DNA from: Clostridium sp. 28_12
GTDB lineage: Bacteria; Bacillota; Clostridia; TANB77; CAG-508
Direction: 5' to 3'
Assembly: GCA_001916055.1 (NCBI GenBank)
Contig: MNRR01000025.1
Location: forward strand, 13,433 to 45,432
Length of the DNA: 32,000 nucleotides
Positions 25,141 through 32,000 of this stretch are shown piece after piece. Under the pieces are notes generated by a model. That model searched no databases. It was not told the DNA's origin and saw only the letters and a list, made by a program, of their open reading frames with translations. Position numbers and translations under genes: made by a program. Each line of letters starts with the position of its first letter. The stretch's first letter is position 1.

Positions 25141-25671
25141 GAAAAATCGTTCGACACGATTCGACAAAAAATTTTTTCAAAAAATTTTTATTTTTTTGAA
25201 TATAAAAAAACTTTTTGCACATAATAAGTGTGTAAGGTTAATATCAGTTGAGTAAAGAGTATTAATAGATTAAAAATTAGTTTATTAATATTCGAGCAAA
25301 GATGTATATTGGTTTATTTTTATGGATTAATATATGTCGGCGATAAGAATATATTATGTATATGCAAGCTATATTTTTATTTAAATTTTCAAGGATTATT
25401 TTTATATTTTATATATGGTTAAATTATATGTAATATATTTGAACTAAGATTATTCTTGTATTATATGGGATTATTAGTATGTCCCTCTGGGATGAATATA
25501 GTTTCTACTAGTGCATTTGTAGTCGAACGACTGATTAATATATGTGGTATATAGTTTATTTGTATAGCAATATACATTAGATTAAACTACTACATATATT
25601 AGTCTGAGTTAAGATTGATATTGGCTTTATAGATAATAGGATTCCACAAGTTTTGGAATCCTATTAAATTT

Positions 25672-25710
25672 GAAAAAACTGTCAATAGAGTTTCTTCTCT
25701 GTTGACAGTT
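25672..25710 (-). terminator. gyrB rho-independent terminator
   Basis: 14-bp stem (25677-25690 with 25697-25710, one G-T pair), 6-nt loop, followed on the minus strand by TTTTTT. Starts 6 nt after the gyrB stop. Confidence 0.75.
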
Positions 25711-25715
25711 TAATT

Positions 25716-28746
<3,031 letters not shown>

Positions 28747-29157
28747 ATTATTCTCCATTTGTGTATGATTTTTATTTTAATTTTTAAAATTTTTATTATT
28801 TTTCATATATAAAATTATATTAATAAAAAATAAAAACGTCTTATTTTTGATTTTCGTGCGTCGATTTTTTTGCTATTTTTTATTTTTTTTTATTTTTTAA
28901 TATTATTTTATATTATTTCAAATTATTTTTTTAATTATTATTTTATTTATTTAATTTTATATTTTTTATTTTAAGTAAACATTAGTAAACTTTTAACTTT
29001 ACAATATTCAATATTAAATATCTCTTTTATTCTATTTTTTTCTATTTTATTCTTTTTATTTTGATTTTAATCGATTATTTTATTTTTTAATTATTTTATA
29101 ATAAATAATTTATTTTTATTTTATTTCTCAATTTTATGTTTATTTACATTTTGCATA

Positions 29158-29192
29158 AATAACAAATTTGGTCAGAAGCAAGTCTGACCAAA
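29158..29192 (-). terminator. dnaN terminator
   Basis: 10-bp stem tttggtcaga / tctgaccaaa (29167-29192), followed on the minus strand by TTTGTTATT. Confidence 0.6.
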
Positions 29193-29195
29193 TAA

Positions 29196-30311
29196 CTATT
29201 CTTTTAATCTAATTGGTAAAATCATGTAAACATATTCACTGTTTTCCACAGATTTTACTAAACATGGGGATATACTTGTTCCAAATTCAACAAAAACTTC
29301 CTCATCATCTATTGCTTTTAAACTATCAAGAAAATATTTTGGATTAAAGCCTGCTTCTATATTTTTTCCTTCTGTTGAAACATATATTTCTTCTTTAGCT
29401 TCTCCTGTCTGGTTTGTACAAGATATTGTTAATTTTCCAATATCAACAGAAACTCTTACAGGATATTTTTTCTCTTTTTCTATGGAAGAAGCTGATATTA
29501 AACTAATTCTTTCAAAACTATTTTGTAAATTATTTTTATTTACTCTAATCCTTGTTTCCCAATTGTTTGGAATTACAGATTTGTAATTTAAAAATTCTCC
29601 ATCTAGTATACGAGTAACAATTTTACAATTTTCCATCTCGAATAATGCTTGATTTTTAGCTATTCCTATCTTAATATGGTCAAAAGAATCTTGTAAAATT
29701 TTATTAACTTCACTTAAAGTTTTTCCTGGAATAACAGCTTTAAAGTCATTTACTTTAGTTTGTAAATAAATACTTCTTAATGCTAATCTAAATCCGTCAA
29801 CTGCAACAACATTTAGCTTATTGTTTTCCACTTCGAATAAACAACCTGTGAATATTGGTCTGTTTTCCTCGTTGCTAACTGCAAATATTGTTTTTCTTAT
29901 CATATTTTTTAACATATTCTGCTCTAAATCAATTGAATTTTCCACTTCTATCTTAGGTAATTCAGGAAATTCTTCAGGATTCATTGTTGTTAATTTATAT
30001 AAAGCTCCTTCACATTCAATTTCCAATAAATTATTTTCATTAAGTGTTATATAAATCTCTGTATCAGGTAATTTTCTAATAATTTCACTAAACATTATAG
30101 CATTAACTACTGTACTACCTTGTTCTTTAACTTCACATTCCATCACATATTCTATACCGATTTCTAAGTCATAAGTTGTTAATTTAATTTCATTATCATT
30201 AGTTTGAATAAGTATTCCTTCTAGTATAGGCATTGTTGTTTTACTAGCAACACCTTTTACTACGGAATTTAATGCTTTAAGGATATTATCCTTGTAACAA
30301 ACAATTTTCAT
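29196..30311 (-). CDS. dnaN: DNA polymerase III beta sliding clamp
   Basis: ATG at 30311 with SD AAAGGAGAGAG gives MKIVCYKDNILKALNSVVKGVASKTTMPILEGILI (371 aa). The track's 33-aa upstream extension runs through the DnaA boxes and has no SD. Confidence 0.95.
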   Translation of the reverse strand: MKIVCYKDNILKALNSVVKGVASKTTMPILEGILIQTNDNEIKLTTYDLEIGIEYVMECEVKEQGSTVVNAIMFSEIIRKLPDTEIYITLNENNLLEIECEGALYKLTTMNPEEFPELPKIEVENSIDLEQNMLKNMIRKTIFAVSNEENRPIFTGCLFEVENNKLNVVAVDGFRLALRSIYLQTKVNDFKAVIPGKTLSEVNKILQDSFDHIKIGIAKNQALFEMENCKIVTRILDGEFLNYKSVIPNNWETRIRVNKNNLQNSFERISLISASSIEKEKKYPVRVSVDIGKLTISCTNQTGEAKEEIYVSTEGKNIEAGFNPKYFLDSLKAIDDEEVFVEFGTSISPCLVKSVENSEYVYMILPIRLKE

Positions 30312-30328
30312 TTTGCTCTCTCCTTTAT

Positions 30329-30545
30329 TAATTATTAAATATAATATAAATATTATTAGTAGTAATAGTATTAGGTCCTGTGGATAATGTGGAAAACTAT
30401 GTGGAAACATTTAATCCCTAAGAAAAATCTGTGTGTATAACTTAGTGGATAAGCTTTAACTTTTTCCACACTATTCTTTTCACATTGTGGATTTCTTAGT
30501 TATTAACAGTTTATCAACACACTTTCAACAATTGGGTGTGGATAT
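30329..30545. other. oriC-type region in the dnaA-dnaN spacer: DnaA-box cluster, DnaA-trio-like array and AT-rich unwinding element
   Basis: Matches to TTATCCACA or its complement TGTGGATAA: TGTGGATAA 30379-30387 (perfect), TGTGGAAAA 30388-30396, TGTGGAAAC 30400-30408, AGTGGATAA 30444-30452, TTTTCCACA 30462-30470, TGTGGATTT 30486-30494, TTATCAACA 30511-30519, TGTGGATAT 30537-30545. Abutting the tandem boxes are GTCC and then TAT TAT TAG TAG TAA TAG TAT TAG (30351-30374). A pure A/T stretch runs from 30329 to 30350. Confidence 0.8.
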
Positions 30546-30644
30546 CTCATGTATTGATTCCGTAAGTAAAGATAACTTTTTTGCAACCAAACACTTGTCC
30601 TTATGAACAAATTTTTCAAAACAGTACCTAAACTATTTAAATTT

Positions 30645-32000
30645 CTATTGTTCACCATTTATGATTATGTTTTTCACACTTTCCACAATTAACTTGGTGT
30701 TGTTTTTTTCTTTTATTTCTTTTTCAATTTTCTTACATGCATGCATTACTGTTGAGTGATCTCTATTGCCAAAATCCTCTCCTATCTTAGGATAAGACAT
30801 ATTTGCAACATCTCTACATAGAAACATGGCAATTTGTCTTGGAAATGCAATTTCATTTGAACGTTTATTGCTAGATAAATCGTCTTTGTTAATATTAAAA
30901 TATTTAGCAACAGTTTCTTTAACAAAATCTGATGAAAGTACTTTTTCATTTGCTGCTTTAAATTCATTTATTGTATTTTCAGCTAATTCTATAGTTATTG
31001 GTGTATGTGTAAGTGAAGCAGTAGCAATTATTTTGTTAAATACGCCTTCTAATTCTCTAATATTTGAATCAATTTTATTTGCTATATTAGATAAAATTGT
31101 ATCATCTACTATAATTTTTTCTTCTTGTGCTTTTTTTCTTAAAATTGCTAAACGGGTTTCGTAATCAGGACACGAAATGTCTGCTAATAATCCCCACTCA
31201 AATCTTGATTTTAGCCTATCCTCAAGAAATTGAATCTCTCTTGGAGGTTTATCACTAGAAATGATAATTTGTTTTTTATCTTCATATAAGGCATTAAACG
31301 TATGGAAGAATTCTTCTTGTACACGTTCTTTTCCTGCAATGAATTGAATATCGTCAATTAATAAAACATCAATAGTTCTATATCTATTTCTAAATACTTC
31401 ATTTTTGTTGTCTTTTATAGCATTTATCATTTGGTTAGTGAACTTTTCTGAGGTTACATATAGAATTTTTGCTGACCTATTATTTTGCAAAATTCTATTT
31501 CCTATAGCTTGCATTAAGTGAGTTTTGCCTAAACCTACTCCACCATATAAAAATAATGGATTATATGATTCCCCGGGTTTATCAGCAACTGCTATTGCTG
31601 CAGCATGCGCAAAACGGTTATTGTTACCGACAACAAATGTTTCAAAAGTATATTTTGGGTTAAGAGTTCTGTTTGAAGTTTCAATTTCAGTATCCTGTGG
31701 ATCTGAATTATTTGAAGCAATTACTCCCCCACTTTCTCCGTCTTGTTTGTCTTCATCTGCAAATACAGAAATAGTCCAATCTCTATTTGTGATATATTTG
31801 AAAGTATTAAGAATTAAATCTGCGTATCGAGTTTCTAACATCTCTCTCGCATATTTAGAACTAGCTTTTAGGACGATAGTTGTATCAGTCATTTCAGTAA
31901 TTTCTACAGGACCAAACCAAGTTTCATAAGCAATTTCTGTCATTTCTACTTTTAGTAATTCTTTTGCTTTGTTCAATAGTTCGTCTTTGTCCATTTGCAT
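30645..32000 (-). CDS. dnaA: Chromosomal replication initiator protein DnaA
   Basis: 451 aa, with the ATG exactly at the window end. Walker A GGVGLGKTHLMQAIGN, LLIDDIQFIAGKE, and domain IV RQIAMFLCRD..GNRDHSTVMHACKKIE. Confidence 0.97.
   Translation of the reverse strand: MQMDKDELLNKAKELLKVEMTEIAYETWFGPVEITEMTDTTIVLKASSKYAREMLETRYADLILNTFKYITNRDWTISVFADEDKQDGESGGVIASNNSDPQDTEIETSNRTLNPKYTFETFVVGNNNRFAHAAAIAVADKPGESYNPLFLYGGVGLGKTHLMQAIGNRILQNNRSAKILYVTSEKFTNQMINAIKDNKNEVFRNRYRTIDVLLIDDIQFIAGKERVQEEFFHTFNALYEDKKQIIISSDKPPREIQFLEDRLKSRFEWGLLADISCPDYETRLAILRKKAQEEKIIVDDTILSNIANKIDSNIRELEGVFNKIIATASLTHTPITIELAENTINEFKAANEKVLSSDFVKETVAKYFNINKDDLSSNKRSNEIAFPRQIAMFLCRDVANMSYPKIGEDFGNRDHSTVMHACKKIEKEIKEKNNTKLIVESVKNIIINGEQ

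Noticed and set aside
25010-25255. 81-aa plus-strand ORF in the VirB4 upstream region.
   Set aside because: It has no SD and a low-complexity hydrophobic translation. It overlaps the antisense VirB4 N-terminal coding sequence and its promoter.
16620-25260. The idea that a single inversion separated VirB4 from the VirB3-like gene.
   Set aside because: Re-inverting 16.6-25.3 kb would place VirB4 directly after the VirB3-like gene. It would also flip gyrA to the strand opposite gyrB and the replication direction. gyrA is currently co-oriented with gyrB, so a single simple inversion does not explain the layout.
25521-25532. AGTCGAACGACT considered as a tRNA T-arm remnant marking an integration site.
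   Set aside because: The arms are separated by only 2 nt rather than a 7-nt T-loop, and no acceptor-stem-like sequence flanks it. It shares only TCGAACG with the nearby tRNA-Lys.
30312-30410. The 33-aa N-terminal extension of dnaN in the track (MFPHSFPHYPQDL...).
   Set aside because: The extension is translated straight through the DnaA boxes, the trio array and the AT-rich element, and it has no SD. The ATG at 30311 has AAAGGAGAGAG upstream and gives a canonical beta-clamp N-terminus.

Overview
Origin-proximal chromosome segment of a very AT-rich, Gram-positive-type (Bacillota-like) bacterium using the standard code. No composition statistics or database searches were run; all homology calls are by-eye motif recognition. 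The right half holds the replication core on the minus strand: dnaA, an oriC-type DnaA-box cluster, dnaN, recF, gyrB and gyrA. Two things break the usual synteny. (1) gyrB and gyrA are separated by about 4.3 kb carrying a VirB4-family conjugation ATPase split into two same-frame ORFs, an orphan 230-aa protein and an XRE regulator. (2) On the other side of gyrA, past a DnaD/DnaB-like plus DnaI/DnaC-like loader pair, lies a plus-strand operon encoding a VirD4-type coupling protein and VirB2-like, VirB6-like and VirB3/TcpE-like proteins. Together these make a bipartite type IV secretion gene set, with no relaxase, integrase, cell-wall hydrolase or VirB8-like gene seen in the window. This is the most interesting candidate system here. 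The left 7.5 kb is one uninterrupted minus-strand ORF of at least 2494 aa that runs off the window edge and is absent from the supplied ORF track. It is a giant surface adhesin with an odd internal junction of membrane anchor followed by a signal-peptide-like segment. Between these regions are envelope genes (a CapA-like lipoprotein and a VanW/G5 protein), a CBM-like protein, an SDR reductase, a tRNA-Lys/Glu/Thr cluster and a small redox protein. Several T4SS-associated genes have strong Shine-Dalgarno sequences positioned for ATA or ATT codons rather than ATG. No CRISPR array, IS element, transposase or integrase was seen.
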